A DNA stretch of 64,000 nucleotides from Amphiscolops sp. MND2022. Taxonomy: Eukaryota. The position numbers and the translations under genes were made by a program. The notes under the pieces were generated by a model. The model saw only the letters and a program-made list of their open reading frames with translations, was not told where the DNA came from and did not search any database. Positions 45,801 through 59,922 of the stretch are shown piece by piece (positions within the stretch are counted from its first letter, which is position 1; each line of letters begins with the position of its first letter). The stretch covers positions 14,510,001 to 14,574,000 of the forward strand of contig OZ076409.1 in the NCBI GenBank assembly GCA_964187785.1, in the 5' to 3' direction.

Positions 45801-47649
45801 CTAGGTGTTCTAGGGCATTCGGGCATTCGTTAGGGCATTCGTTAGCGAGGTGACATCTGAACTCGTTTTCTTTTCAGCTACATGTTGATTTACATCCATT
45901 ACATTAAACAATCATTAATTTTGCAAACTGTTTGAATCGTATTGCTTTATATTTGCACTTCTAAATAGAAGTGAATAAACGCAGGAAAACACAATCAACC
46001 GTAAAAAAATAACATCATCTAATAAGTGCTAAATTGTAGTTTGAGTGAATTACTGGGGCCAGTTAGAAACTAGGTCCATATTTTCATAATGGCAAAACTA
46101 CAGGCGGCGGATTCGTGTTGTCGCCGTCAGCTGGGATCTGATAATAGTTTCCATCGCAGGCGGCAGCCTGCGAGACACTGCTTTTAGGTAACTGTAAAAT
46201 TAGTTTTACCGTCAATATTACAGTTAACTAAGAACTGTGTTACATTGTTAAAAATGTTTATTCAGTTTTCGAACCATTTAACCATTGAAACTTTTTAAAG
46301 CATTATTGTCAATCCATTCTGAAAAACAAGTAGGACTGAAACCAATGGCAAATAACAATTTTGATTGCACTGAAATTGTCTGTAACTAATTGGTGAATTG
46401 ATAAAGTTTTTAAAAAATCGTGAAAAAGGTGTTTTACATGATTTAGATCACCCTTCCTTTTTCAATTTTTGAAATGTACGAAGGTTTCGTGTTCACGTTT
46501 TTCCTTGATCAGAATGTCAAATATTTTGGATTTTCTGTTCAGTTCGGAGTTTCAACAGCTTTGCATTTCTGACGGTTTTTTCCTGTGAATACCGGGTGTT
46601 AAAATTTTCATGAAATAATTTTCGGCACTGCGTCAAAAACATTTTTTTTCATCAAAGGGTCCTGTTACTCTCAGTCAAATAGTGAATTAGTTAAATAATT
46701 TGCTTACAATTGAACTCATAGTTTCCGAGGATTTGAACAAAGATATGAGTAGCGAGGGGATACTTTTGTGTAGATACGGTAAAATTACTGCTAATTTCGT
46801 CATTTTTAATTCGAAGAAGAAGTACTAGAGATGCTTTAATTTCTCTTTTTAACAAATAATATCTTTTGTCACTATATTGTTACTTTTTCATTATGTGCCA
46901 AGATTTCATCAATTGAACAATCCAACCGCGCATCTTTGTCTTCGGAATTTTTGTCTTACTGTTTATTACGATAATTAAAGCATGGCTCGCTTTCTGTTTC
47001 ACTTCCTTAATTTTGTTCCTTGTTGTTCCTTAACTTCTTGTTCCTTAAGTTGAACTTCTTCGTTTCTTCTGAGAATAGAAGTTTTTTCTTATATACAAAG
47101 GCGACATCTTGTCTATAAACATTGAAAGAATGGGCGTTGCCATGTCCTAATGATATCACTCGAGTTTCATTCATTCAACTCTTCTAGGATTCGCAGAAAT
47201 GATCATTAAGGTGGTAACAAACAGAGCTTTGCCAAAGTGATTAGTGGCAAAAGCATTTTCCAAATTTGGACTACCTTCCGAAGAATAATGTCAGAATTGG
47301 CCAAGTAGGTTTGGACTGCAATAACACGGCTTCACTCGTCTTGCAAACCCCAAAAGTCTCCGCCCTTTCTACTAATGAGCACGGTGCTTCAAATTTCAAA
47401 GTTTCGAGGGAAAAAGTATTCGAAAAGTTGTCATGGACGAATGATGACTTTAGGCTTCGAAATACTGAATGCTTGTTTTGCAATGGTGTTTTGTGAAATG
47501 TTGTTCCGGTTACTGTGAACACATTTCTGATTGAATCAAAAACGCGGATCAACGGAAACGGAATTTGAGACGCAAACGAATCGATAAGTGAAAACTTTAT
47601 ACCGTGTGTAAACGATGGACAGAGACTGCTTGTTAAAAAGATAGAATGT

Positions 47650-49976
47650 TGAGCAGTACTGTATGTATAAAGACCATATGCTGAAGGGCCCCGTTCCTTT
47701 GGTTTTTTTGAAACATATCTGCTTGTCTATATAATCAGACTATGTATGTGAACATTTATTTATATACAACTTGCTCAATTTATTGTTCTTTTTTAATTTT
47801 CCGTACGAGAGTCAAGGTCACACTCTCTCACATCCTCTCAACTAAAAATTGAGCATACTTCTTGTACAGTTAAATATATCAATACTCAAAAGTATGGTTA
47901 GCAACGACAACGTAATGTGTAATAAATGTAATAATCAATATAACGGCACTTTTCATTCCGGGTATGTTAACGCAAATATGCATTTCGGGTTACATCCTCA
48001 ATGTTTAAAAAATATTGGCAACTTGTTTTAGGGTTTGCTACTGCGGACACTCAATTCTTGATATCATGACATTCCGCCAATAAAAGTCCGTTTTGTGGTG
48101 TTGTCTTTCTCCTCTTCTTCTTGCCAGGTCTTACTCCTGCACAGTATCTCGTCTTGGTGTGCCATTGATTGATTTGTTCTTCTTCACTGTCTGCTTCTGC
48201 AATTCCTGACACGTTTTCTCGGATTCTATTGTTTTGTTGTTTTTGTTCTTCGTTTGTTGCTGTCTTGTCTTTGCCTTTTCTTTCAATTTTGCTTTTGCTG
48301 GAATTCCCTTCTTTTTGTTATGGGCCGGTTCTTCTGGCTGCTTTTCGTTCATTGGTTGATTTGGCGAGAAATTTTCAATCTCTTCTATCGACTGACTTCA
48401 ATCGCGTTGCGCTTCGCTTTGCGTTGGCTGTTCGCTCTCTTCGTGCAATTCGCTGCGACTTGCCATTAGTCGTCTGTCTGCCTCGTTTGAGCAGCCTAGT
48501 TGATCTGCATTATCTTGTCCTATATCCCGCTCCGACAGGATTGTTGGTTTTGTCTTCGCTGCAGTCAAAAATGTTGTTGTGTTATTTGTCTTTTCCAGGA
48601 GGACCCCTTTTCTCTTTTGAAAACCGCATCCTAATTTGCTTCCACGCAATCGTTCGCGTACCAAAACTGTCGAATCTTGGCCTGATTCGAAGTCGAAGTC
48701 AGTTTCTGACGGCTTGAATTCGTGTGATTCCGAAAGAGACTGTTTATGGTTTATAACCAGTTTTTTTATTGTGTTTGTTTCCATTCCGATGTATTTCTCT
48801 TATAGCGATTTTTCATTTTAATGGGTATTTCTGAAGAGCGAATAAAATTTCAGAAGATCCTGAGTCATATCGTTTCACCAACTTTTTCTTATTTGTTCTA
48901 AGCCTTTCGTTTATAGTTCTGTTCTAATTAGCCACTCGTTTCCCTGGTGATCGTGGATTGGTTACTCGATATGCTTGATTACTACTTATTACAAAACTCT
49001 TTGAAACGTTTACTTCTGAGAAGTGTTGCTGCGCCTGTTCTTATTGCTTGCGGAATCCCATGCATGGCTATGTAATTCTTAAAAAATTCGATGTCTTCTC
49101 CGTTGTCGGTTTTTTGAAAATTTTGCTTCGGGCCAGCCCATCGAATGGTCCACTGAAACTAGAAACAAATTTCGAAATGCTCCGGCAAAATCTATGGCTA
49201 CTTCTTGGTGTTTTTCCCTACAAACGAGTAAATTTCCAACTTGCTTTGAGTTAGTAACGTTTCATTGTTCTTACATGATTCGAGATACTGAGGACAGGCG
49301 CGAGCGATTGCTACCACTTCGCGATGAAGACGCGGCCAGCAAACATTGGAGACATATAGTTTTTGTACAATTTCCGTATAGTTTTCGAATAGTTTCCGAG
49401 GATTTGTAATACCCCGATTTGGTTTATTGATTAACAAACCGGTATTTTGATTGGCGGTTGCGTTAATTCTTTGATCATACTGTTGCTTGCGTCAGAAATT
49501 GGCTCGCTTAATTGAGGCGTCTGAAGTATTGCTGATATTTGCTGAAGTGGCTGTTCGTTCACTTCCACTACTTCCCTGTCACTTGATGTCACTGCGCTAT
49601 CTTGCCGCTCGCTCTAACTTGCCACCTTGTTCTCACTTGCCAACTTCGTTCCTATTGGCTGATTCTGCTTCGTCTGTGACTTCTGATTTGCTGGAACAAA
49701 TATATCGTTTCTGATTATTTAATTAACAGTAACTGAACTATTCCATAGTTCTTCTGTTTTGTTTTTCTGTTCGTTGCCATTAATTTCTGATGGGGGTTTG
49801 GACACATAGTCTGCCATTCCCAAAGTATGACCCGGAGTGTGCACTACCTCATATTGAAATGTAAAAAGTCGATCTACCCATCGCGCTATCCTTGACGAAA
49901 ACGTCCTATTTGATTGATTACCCTTCAATATAGTAATTAAAGCTTTATGGTCGTTTATAGAATGAAATCTTGGCAA
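47650..49976 (-). pseudogene. Degraded, 5'-truncated Gypsy pol relic (RNase H to integrase)
   Basis: DHKALITILKGNQSNRTFSSRIARWVDRL...MADYVS and QDSTVLVRERLRGSKL match the corresponding parts of the 25259 element; many stops. Confidence 0.85.
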
Positions 49977-52971
49977 TTTATCATGAAGTAAAAAAAAGTT
50001 TTCTCTGCGACCAAATTAATGTAAAAGTCATGGTTTTGTTGTTATGTTGTTTTGTTTGAGTTGAAATAATGAATTTTCACCTCGAAAATCATAAAGACGC
50101 AACACTAAGAAGTTCATTACGTGATATAAACTGCCATTGGAAGTCCAAGCAATCGGTCAGGGCTTGTTCATGATCCTTTCGAACATCCATGCAAACAACC
50201 ATGCATAACAAACATGCATGATTCATGGATGTTCATGGATAATCATCCATGAATCTTGGATGTTCCGTGGATTCCCATTCATGGTCTATGACAAAGTCCA
50301 CGACATGGCGAGTCATGAATCAGGGAAAGAGACCCATGATCTGACATCCTGGAAAACAAAACTTACAAAAACAGTCACAAAACGTCTCACACAGCAAAAA
50401 CTCATATCAATCCTAATGCCCTTAATTCTGTTGTTCGAGTTGCTTTGATCGCACCGACGAATCTTACGATCTGAATGCATCGAATGCAGGTAAATGGTTA
50501 CTTTTGGAAAATGAAAACGCTTCCTATTTAGTTTTATAGGCACATGGGATTCAGCTGGTACAAGTACGTTTGAAGATTTTTGAACAGCGATGCTTGTAAT
50601 AACGTAGTCATAGTAATAACGTTTGCTACTTCAAGAAATCTGTGACTTGTTTTCCACATTCGGTCGTATAATATTGCTTCCTTGATTTTGATGAGGGTTT
50701 TCTAAGGCAGTTTCAGGGTTTTTACTTTGGGTTTTATATCCTTGACAGTGATTTCGTCCTCAAATGAGGACAGCGATTTTTTTCGCAATCAATAATAAAT
50801 TACGACACGCAAAAAGCATAGAGGAAAACGAAAAATTGTCTTTCTTATCGACAATCTATTGGACTATCTGGTTTGAATTGTTATTTGTGTCAATATAGAT
50901 TTTTTCCGAGCCACTGGCAAAAAAGTAACTGAAAAAAAGTGAAAAATTGCAAAAAAGTACATTTCAGAAATTTCGTTTTTCTCAATAACTGAGCATCTGT
51001 TTGCTAAGTTACTGTCCCACTCTAGTAACAAAGTAGGCCACCATTGAAAACGCATATAGAAGTTTTTTCAATGAAGCTTCAGTTATGAGTTCGACCGACA
51101 TTTGAAAGGCCCTGCTCTCACCCCAACAAGTGGCGCCAACTCCCGACCTAACTAGTGTGCATTTAAAAGGTAAAGGGCTATCAGGAATAGAAAACCGATT
51201 GGAGCTGCGGCTATTATTTGTGGAGAAATGAAACTTTGAAAAAATTTTGCCAATATTGACTTCTCGGTGTACTGTCGAGGATATCATCTCCCCCATCAGT
51301 ACTACTCAGATAGATTTTGAGCAAATGCTCCATTCGGTAATTTGATTTTCAACCAAATGATAAAATTCACAACTTAGGCTCAATAAACACCTTTCCTTGA
51401 ACGTTTTTCGAAAAGTATGTTAGTTTCAATCAATAAATTCTTATTTCTCATTAGCTGATCGTTTAAATGTCTGACCATCAATCTTTAGACCAAAGTTTCA
51501 TAGTAGAACAATCCATGGATATCATGCCAAAATCTTGGCAAGGTCTTGCGAAGATCTCCGAACAATCTAGCCTAAGATTTTGCAATTGTAAAGATCTTGC
51601 AATGGTATACACGTTGCCGTGGTATGATCTTTTCAAGACAAGCACGTTTTCAAGACAAATCTCATTAGGAATCCCAACAGAGCAAGAAAAATCCTAGAAT
51701 CCAAAAAATAAATTAATATTAAAAAATTGCATTTCCGGAGCCCTAAAAATTCAAATCGTCTGAAGCTCATGTTCAAATGGATTCGCGAAAATAGAATTGA
51801 AGAAATAAAATTCTTGCTCTAAAAAGATATCGGTCAAAAGAGACATCTCTAAAATGCCATAAAAATAAAATTATAACACAAAATTATTTAGGAAGAAATT
51901 AAATTAAAAATTAATCAACCCCACATTCTTGAGCACATTCAGTGAACATTTTAGTGAAGCTCTCTTTAAAAAAGTGAGTTTCTAAAATTCTGAAGAGCTC
52001 ATTGGTTATTCGAAAAAGAAAGATGCAAGAAAAAGCTTTCTTGTTAAATTTTTAAAGAGTTTTTTTGGGAAGAGATCCCTAGGGACAGGTCATTCAGCGC
52101 ATATCAGGGATCTCGAAAATATTTTCAAACTTTATTAATAAATAATGAATAAAAACCTGCATCTTTCCAAATTGCAATTGAAATGATGCTTTTTTGAAGT
52201 TTTGCAATTCTGACGTTTGTAAGTAATCATGATATAGAATTCAGAACAAGGGCAGTTGAAAGTCTTCATTTTTCCAAAAAAAATGTGACAGACAAATAGA
52301 ACAATTGGTGAAAAACTTTGAACAAGACGAGAATGTCTGAAGTTGGCGCCCCGCTTAGGTTCAAAAAGCTCAGAGTCTTCTATGATCCATAAACGGTTGC
52401 TTCAAATGCAAATCTGAAAAACCTCCCAGTTCCAAAAGCTATCCAGAGGGCAATTCTTTGGACTCAAAGAAAGCTTTTTCCGACTAAAAATGCTAAAGAA
52501 TCTATTGACAAACTTTGAAAGAAACTGGAAAGTGTAAGAAAACAAAAAAGGGGATCATTTCTTTTTTTTTACATTTTTCACTACATTTTTTAAAGGATTA
52601 GGAAGACCATTTGCTTAGAAAATATTCCTAACATTACAGTGGAGCCTCGTTTTTTCATTAGTTCTTTCCCGAATAATTTTGTTCCAGTGATGCAGTCTAT
52701 TTGTTTGGGAAAAAGAATTGTTTTTCTGGCTTTTTCTGAGGAAAACGTGTCTAAAATACAATTCTAAACTGCTATTAGTCCGCGTTTCATTGAATAGAAC
52801 GGGACTTTTAAAGTGGCTTTCGTCCGTCAAGTTTCATCACTTTTATCAGTGTTTTTTACAGTCTGGTCGAAGTGACCACAAACGTTCTTGAAAACCTCTA
52901 CATAATGCCAAAATGGTTCAAAGGTTAATTGGTCCTCTTTTTCAATTTCCAATATTTTTATTCGGGTTTAA

Positions 52972-53389
52972 CCTTAAGTGGAAATTTCCCGATTCATCCA
53001 AAAATCTGGTGCCTAAACTCTAAACCGTAATATCTCCTAAACTTCGCCACACTGGCTCCGACGTTCCACGCCTCGTGTCTCTGACTGCAGTTCAGCATGT
53101 TTGTAAACATGCTAGGTCCACTTTGACCCAATCTGGATACCAGTGGGATTGAGTGGCTACAAACGAAAACTGGAAAAATGGAAAATCTACGCTCCATTTT
53201 TTTGATTTTTTGGTTCCGTTTTTTCATTTCGGAGACATCATGTCAATGTTCCGTGAAAAGGCGTGCAATGCTATGTAATATCGTCTGAAAATCTCATTCA
53301 AGAGTTTTCTTTACTATACGGTCAGCTGGTTTGTTTAGAAGTTTGCAGAAACTAGCTGGTACGAATTCGCACCAATGGTCCATTTAGGG
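52972..53389. mobile_element. piggyBac-type MITE, second copy
   Basis: TTAA on both sides (52968-52971, 53390-53393); right TIR TGGTCCATTTAGGG; interior is the reverse complement of 15233-15754. Confidence 0.75.
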
Positions 53390-54144
53390 TTAAAAACCAA
53401 TTGCGGGTTCATTTTCGACACTGGGTCTTTCTAACCTTTTAGCGAAAGAAAAAAAGCAATTTTAGGCTCAAACTGACTTGTCAGGTATTTCATCACAGCA
53501 ATCTTTGAGCATCTTCGAAAGTTAAAATGAAGCTGTTTCAAGCCCAAAAGACCCTTTTTAATTTTTTCCACACTGAGATTTTTTCAAAAACTGCGCCTTA
53601 GCGCTGCTTTGAATTAGCTTGAGGTTTTTGAGTTTTAAGCGTGGCGGCCACTGATGCCGTTCCCGGTTTGTTAACATGTCTGATGTCATTTTGGCATACA
53701 TCTGCACCAACGTATGGTTCCAAAAAGTTCTGGCGGAATCAGTGTGTTTCCTTGTTGTCTCTCATTTCAAGCTGAATTTCATGAACATACTCTTGAGAGG
53801 TCAATTTTGGCCCAAGAATTTGAACAAGGTTGAAAAGTGAGATTTTTGCACGTATTGTTTGATGCTCCCGCTCGCACAGCCCCGTGTTGGGACCACATGT
53901 TCAAGCGTCAGTCTTCTGGCATTTTCTGGCTGAATTTTCGCGTACTCCATCTTAGCGAATTGACTAAAAACAGTTATTGTCTAAAAACAGCTCAAAAAGC
54001 GCAAAATTTTTCAAATATGCTGAAAAGCTGCTTTCATAGAAATTTTGAAGTATCTCACAGCGCCAAAAAAAAACATTCTTTGGACCTAATACGTTTTTTT
54101 TCCGAACTGCAAATGTCAAAAAACCAAAAACGGCGCTTTGTCCT

Positions 54145-54326
54145 TGTTGTAATGTATAGCTACAAGAATTTAGTTTCAACAAAACTGTATTTTCTATCTA
54201 TTTCAAGCGTACTGCTTTGTAAAATAAATCATCATAAGAATGAGTAAGATTAACAGGTACTTGAGACTAATTATATAGATTAAATAGCGTCTCATAGTTT
54301 GTCCTCTAAATTCTTCTCATTCTTCA
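54145..54326 (-). repeat. 3' LTR
   Basis: TG...CA, next to the PPT at 54327-54337. Confidence 0.97.
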
Positions 54327-57300
54327 TTCCCCCCTCCATGATTGGATGGTTGCTGTCCAATTGGGGGTGAGGATTTAGTTTGTGAGCGGTAGGCCGGCCC
54401 AAGCTTGGTATTGCCACGGTTTCTCCGGTCGCGTCATTTGGTATGGTCCGGTCGTTGTAAAGTTCTTCCGGACAAGCCTGTTGTTTGGATGCCCTTACTC
54501 TGTAGTTGGGCTCGCTTCTTGGTTGAGTTTTTTGACGGTATTTCCTGTAATCAGAAGGTACTGGATTATTCAGTCTAATTATTGGGTTAGTTTTGGTTAA
54601 GCGTTTTGATCTGCGTAAGTTATGTTCTTTTGTTTCTTTTTCTATTTCAGTACTTGAGCTAAGGTTGCTCAGCAGTTCTAGTTCAGAATTCTTTAGTTCG
54701 TCTTCCTCTTCCTCCCCTTTTTTTGGGGATTTTATTTCATTATGAGAGGCCTTACCGTTAGGATCTTTGAGGTGAATTTCCGTCTCTGTTTCCCTAGCGT
54801 CTTCAATAGCGCGGTCGACAGCTTCGGATGTCATGTTTTCCGTGATTATGGTCATCGGTCCGAACATGTTTTGTGACTGGGTTGACGGTGATGGTCCCCC
54901 GGGTGAAGCCGAGCTTAACCGGTTTCTTACCAGTTTCGTGGGGCGTCCTCTTCCAAATGCACCGCTCTTCTTGGGGGTAACCACTGCCGGTGATTCCGGT
55001 TCCGTGTCTTCCGATTCGCTGTCCGAATCGTGTATGTTGAATGTTCGGGGTGATTTTGTGAATCGGCCGTCCGGTCCACGTGGCCCAGTTCCTCTGTTGT
55101 TCGGCTCCTGTGTAATTTCAGAAACTGGTTTACTTATGTTTTTTCTATGTATAATTTTGTTATCGGCCGTTGTTACTGTATGGTTTGTACCCGATATAGC
55201 TAGCTGAGTTTTTTCCGAATAAGCACTACCGAATTTTGGTTTTGTTATTTTTTTTTCGTGAAAGAGGAAGGGGTATTTACTTACTCCTTTAGCTCCTTTC
55301 TTCTGTTTCATCGGCAGCTGGTCGGAGACACCGCCAGCTCTGTTGAATGAGTACACCTGCAAAGTGTCTGGTTTGGCTGAAATACACGTTTTTGTTAATT
55401 TTTTCAAGGTGTCGGTGTTTAATAAATTGCTGATTTCCGTGTTTGGTTCCCGACCGTAATGCAGTTCAAATGCGGATTTGTTTAGTCTTGTATGGGGTGT
55501 TTTGCGCATTCCGTCTAGAGCCATGTCCAGTGCTCTTCCGAAATTTTCGCCTGCTTTTATGTTGGTCAGTAAAATTTCTTTCAGTGTTCTTACGCCCCGT
55601 TCCACCAGTCCGGTTGGGGTATGTATGTACGGCGTTCCGTATATCAATTTTATCTGGTGGTGTTTACAGAATTCTCTAAACGACCGGCTCGTGAAAGCGG
55701 TTGCTTTATCCGTTCTAATAGTTTTCGGTATGCCGTTTAGGTTTATATATTGTTCCAAAAATTTTACCGCCGTTTGGCTTTCCGTTGATTTGCAAAAGCT
55801 GGCCGCAGGCCATTTACTGAACCGGTCCATTGAAAGTAAAATGTAAAATCTACGGTTCTTTTCGGTAATTGGACCGATGAAATCCAATTGTATTTCATCG
55901 TTTGGTTTACTTAGCGGTGGTAGCTGGTTTTTTTTCGGTACTGGGTATAAAAAGGTTTAATGCTCTTACCGGCCATTTTGCAGGGGACGCAGTTGTCACA
56001 TTTCTTCTGGATCGCTTCCGTAATCCGTGGCCACCAGAAGTGTCTTGCCGCCATTGACATTTTATTTATTGCTGGATGGCCTTTGTGTAAGAGGCTAATA
56101 ATTGTTGTACTCAGATTTTTCGGCACGATGATTTTGTCTTCGAAAAAGACCAGTCCATATCTTGAAGACAATTTCTTCTTATATATGGAATATTCCTCGG
56201 GAATGTTGTCGTGTTGTTGCCGTTCGAGACACACCAGTGTTTTAAGCAGGCTCGGGTCATTGGTAGTTTCCGTCATCAATAATTGCAGATCGGTTGCAAA
56301 TTGTTTTTCCGTTTCCCTGACGGCGTTCCCCAAGTCCCAGTTGTTCTGTTCGACAGCGTCTACTCTTGGTGCGTGTCCCATTTTTATATATTGGACACTC
56401 TTCACGCCCACGTATTTGGCCCAGTTGATTGCCGGGACCTCTAGTACTGACGGGTCTTGTTCTGATCCCGATCCGATCTCGCCTTCTTCCATCGGTGTCC
56501 ATTGTTGTTGTCCTGGGGGCGGAGTGTTATCCGTTGATGTCAAGGTTTGCGGGCGTCCATTGCTCGTTTCTCCTTTCTTGTGGTTGGAAGCCTTCGGGTC
56601 GGTTTGGATTTTTGTTTTGCAGGTTTCTAATTGCAATTTGGAGTTGTTCTTCGATAATTTTTCTCTCGTTTCGTAAGAATCTCGGTTCGTGGTATTTCTT
56701 CCAACGACCACCGGACATTCTATACACTCCCGGTTTTACTATATCTCACCATCGTGCGATGAGATTTCTAGTTTCCGCGGAAGGATCGGTTCGTTCGAGG
56801 TTATCAATGGTATGTACGTCCATAATTGATTTTGAGTTGTCGAGTGCAAAGTATGCGCAGCTATTTGTCGGTTGATTAAGGCAAGCAGTGGAAGTTTGCT
56901 CACACGTTTTGGATTGTTTCGGTTTGTAACGTAATTTCTCGTTTTGTGATTGGTCAATTTGGTTGCTAAGGCAACCGAATTTGTCCATAAATTTGAGATG
57001 CGGCGCGATGTTATTGATTACGTATTCTTCGTCGTATGCGTCATCCGCTTGTGGTGGAGCGGTCGGATTTCTACTGAGATAATCTGTGAGTGCTAAGTGT
57101 TTGCCGGCTATATGGTCTACGTTAATTGAGAAGTGAGCTAATCGGTCCAGCCACCTTGTTAGCCTGGCGCTGTACGTTTTATTTGAACGGTTGCGTTTAA
57201 TTAAGGGTTCGAGTGCTTGGTGGTCCGTGAGTAATTTTATCGGTTTTCCGTATATGTATAAGCGGAAGTGTTCTAACCCCCAAACCACCGCCAATAGTTC

Positions 57301-59872
57301 CAGTTCATTGATTGCATACTTCTTTTCCGTATCCGAAAGGAAACGACTGGCGAATCCGATCGGTTTTAATTTTCCGTCCGGTTGTTCTTGCCAAAGCGTG
57401 GCTCCAAGGCCCTTTGTGCTTGCGTCTGTGGTAATTATGTTTGGATAGTCGGAATTGTAATGTGCCAGACACGGTATTTCCGTAATTTTTTGTTTTAAAT
57501 TTTCAAAGGCTTTTGTGTGTTCCGTGGTCCAGTTCCAGTTATTGTCCTTTTTTAGTAGTTGTCTCAAGATGTCTGTTTGGGCCGAGAGATTTTCGATATA
57601 TTTGGACAAATACTGAATTGCCCCTGAAAAGGATTTTAATTCCTTTTCATTTTTTGGTTCTTTCAATTCTTTTATCGCCAGTAATTTATCTTGCAGTGGT
57701 CTGATACCGTTTTGGTCGATTTTGTGGCCGATCCACTCTATTTCCGTTTTAAAAAATTTGGATTTACTTTCGCTGAGGCGGTATCCTGCGTTTTCCAATT
57801 TTGTTAGCACATCGATTAGTTCTTCCATGTGTCTTTGCTTTGAGCCTTTTGTTACTACGATTATATCGTCTAGCCACGCTGGGTGTTTATTTTCCAGTGT
57901 TTGGTCAATTTTTTCTTGAAAAATTGTGGGGATGTCTGCCAGTCCGTAAAAGCCTTTTTGGAACCGGTAGTATCCGGTGAAGTTACCACCGGTTACCGCG
58001 AATATGCACAGGTCCATTGCTCTCCTTGAGAGTTTTAGTTGACCATACGCGTAGTCAAGATCGAATTTTGAGATCCAAATTTCGTCGACTGGTCCGTCCG
58101 CTATTTTTCTGGAAATTCGGGAGCTAATTCCTCCTTGTTAGGCATTTGTGCCTTTCTTTTTATCGTAATTTCGTTTAGCTTTCTTGAGTCCAAGGCTATT
58201 TTTACCGATTTATCTTTTTTGATTGTGATCACTGCGGGGCTTACAAAACAGTTTTCGTCGATATTTTTTGCTTTTTCGATGTGGCCTTGTTTCTTCAGTT
58301 TTTCGATTTCTTTTTCTACCGCGGGTTGCAAATGAATAGGGATAGGTCTCCCTTTTTGTTGAATCAGTTTCGATCCTTCTTTAGCTGGATGTCAACTTCT
58401 ACATTTTAAACCGTATGGTTTTCTGTAAAAAGTTTATGGAACTTACCTTTGAGTGTTGCGATGTCAGTGTCGGTTTTGTTGTTCTTTTCGTCCGGTCTGC
58501 TGATGTTATTTATGGACTGGTGTGCGGTTTCCGTTTTTAGCGTTAGTCCCAGTTCCTTCATCCAGTTGAGACCAAGCAGCGGGTGTGTTTGCTTTGTGGT
58601 TATCAGTAGTTCCAGTTGTTTTGATTTGCCGTCAAATTCTACGTTTGCTAAAGTTTTACCTTCAAATTTTCTTTTGTTATCGTTTACATCCCAGTAGTCT
58701 TCTATTACCGGATTGATCTCGGTTGTTCTGTTAAATTTTAGCTTCGGTATTAGTGTTATCGGTGAGCCTGTATCGACGATGAATTTTATTGGTCGGTTGT
58801 TGACCAATAGTGTTTTTGTGTAGAACGGATTTCCGTTTTTATTCGTTGTTCCGACTGAATTTATTTTTTGTTGTATTAAATGGATCTTGTCGGGTATCCA
58901 ATCGTCTTCATCTGCACTTTCTGCTTCTTCGTCCGCGATGTGGTTTATCTTCCTCATTGATCTGCAACATTTTGCATAATGGCCCAATTTACCGCATTTT
59001 GCACATTTCTTCCCTCTAGCGGGACATTCATGTTGTTTGGACCAGTTAGGTGCACCGCATTTATTGCAGTCCAGTCGTCTCGTCTTCGGGTAACGTTCGG
59101 TTTGTTCTTTATTTTTCGCTAGTTTTCTTTTGTCTACGTGTCGAATTTTCTTTTCTTCTTCTGTTTCTGGGGACTCATTCAGTTTTTCGTACATGTACTC
59201 ATGTATTGCGTCTGTAATGGCTTCTATGGACATGTCGCTTTTTCTGATTTTCTTTTTTAGTTCATAGTCCCCTGTGGATTTCCCAATTAGTGAAATGAAT
59301 TTTGAGACGATAAGTTCGGCTGCTGTTATTGTCTCAAATTCACAGTTCTTTTCGACATCCAATATTCTCTTCCATACGTCTGCCGCCGTTTCGTTTATTT
59401 CTCTTTTTAGGTCAAAGAAGTCGGCTCGACTGTGTTGAACGTTCCTCTCTGGAGTGAAATGTAAACGAAACAGTGTGTATAGTTTGTGTAATGATAAGAT
59501 GCTGGGTTCGCGTTCTCTTACCGTTTTAGTCATCTCTGTTAGTGCACTTTGTCCGATTGCCCATAGGAAAGTGTCTTTTATGTCCATCTCCAGTTGTTCT
59601 CGGTATTGTGGCAGTATTTCTTTGGAGTTTGTCATAATTGAAAAATCAATATCTTTGGTCATTTTGATATATTGTACAAACTTCCGCCACCAGAGATTTG
59701 CACTGGAGCTATCATGTTTCTCCAGGCTTGGTATGGATAATTTCTGGGTGCACGTCCGGTCGCCCGTCCTCAATGTCTGGTCATTGGGTAGTGATCGGCT
59801 GCTTGTTGACTGATCGGTTGTCCGATTTTGCTGGCTTCCCGCTAATGGGGAGGTATTGTTGGAGTCGTCCAT
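54292..59872 (-). pseudogene. gag-pol polyprotein broken into at least 6 ORF pieces
   Basis: Gag knuckles CNKC..H.C and CAKCGKLGHYAKCC; PR VDTGS; RT WLDD; RH TDASTKGLGA; IN HKGH...CVPC, DFIGP, TDKA, ERGVRT. Lesions near 58407, 58380, 58123, 56747, 56530, 55950. Confidence 0.95.
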
Positions 59873-59908
59873 ATGTAAGCTATTGTGTTCTTTTATCAGT
59901 TAAACTGA

Positions 59909-59922
59909 TACTGACTGCGCCA
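59909..59922 (-). promoter_or_regulatory. Primer binding site, probably tRNA-Ser
   Basis: TGGCGCAGTCAGTA immediately after the 5' LTR. Confidence 0.75.

Noticed and set aside
47080..47550. Possible GIY-YIG remnant (RCRLCI*EK on the minus strand)
   Set aside because: One short interrupted motif is not enough.
51121..51140. LTR-end/PBS-like word aacaagtggcgccaac
   Set aside because: No paired LTR, TSD or gag found.
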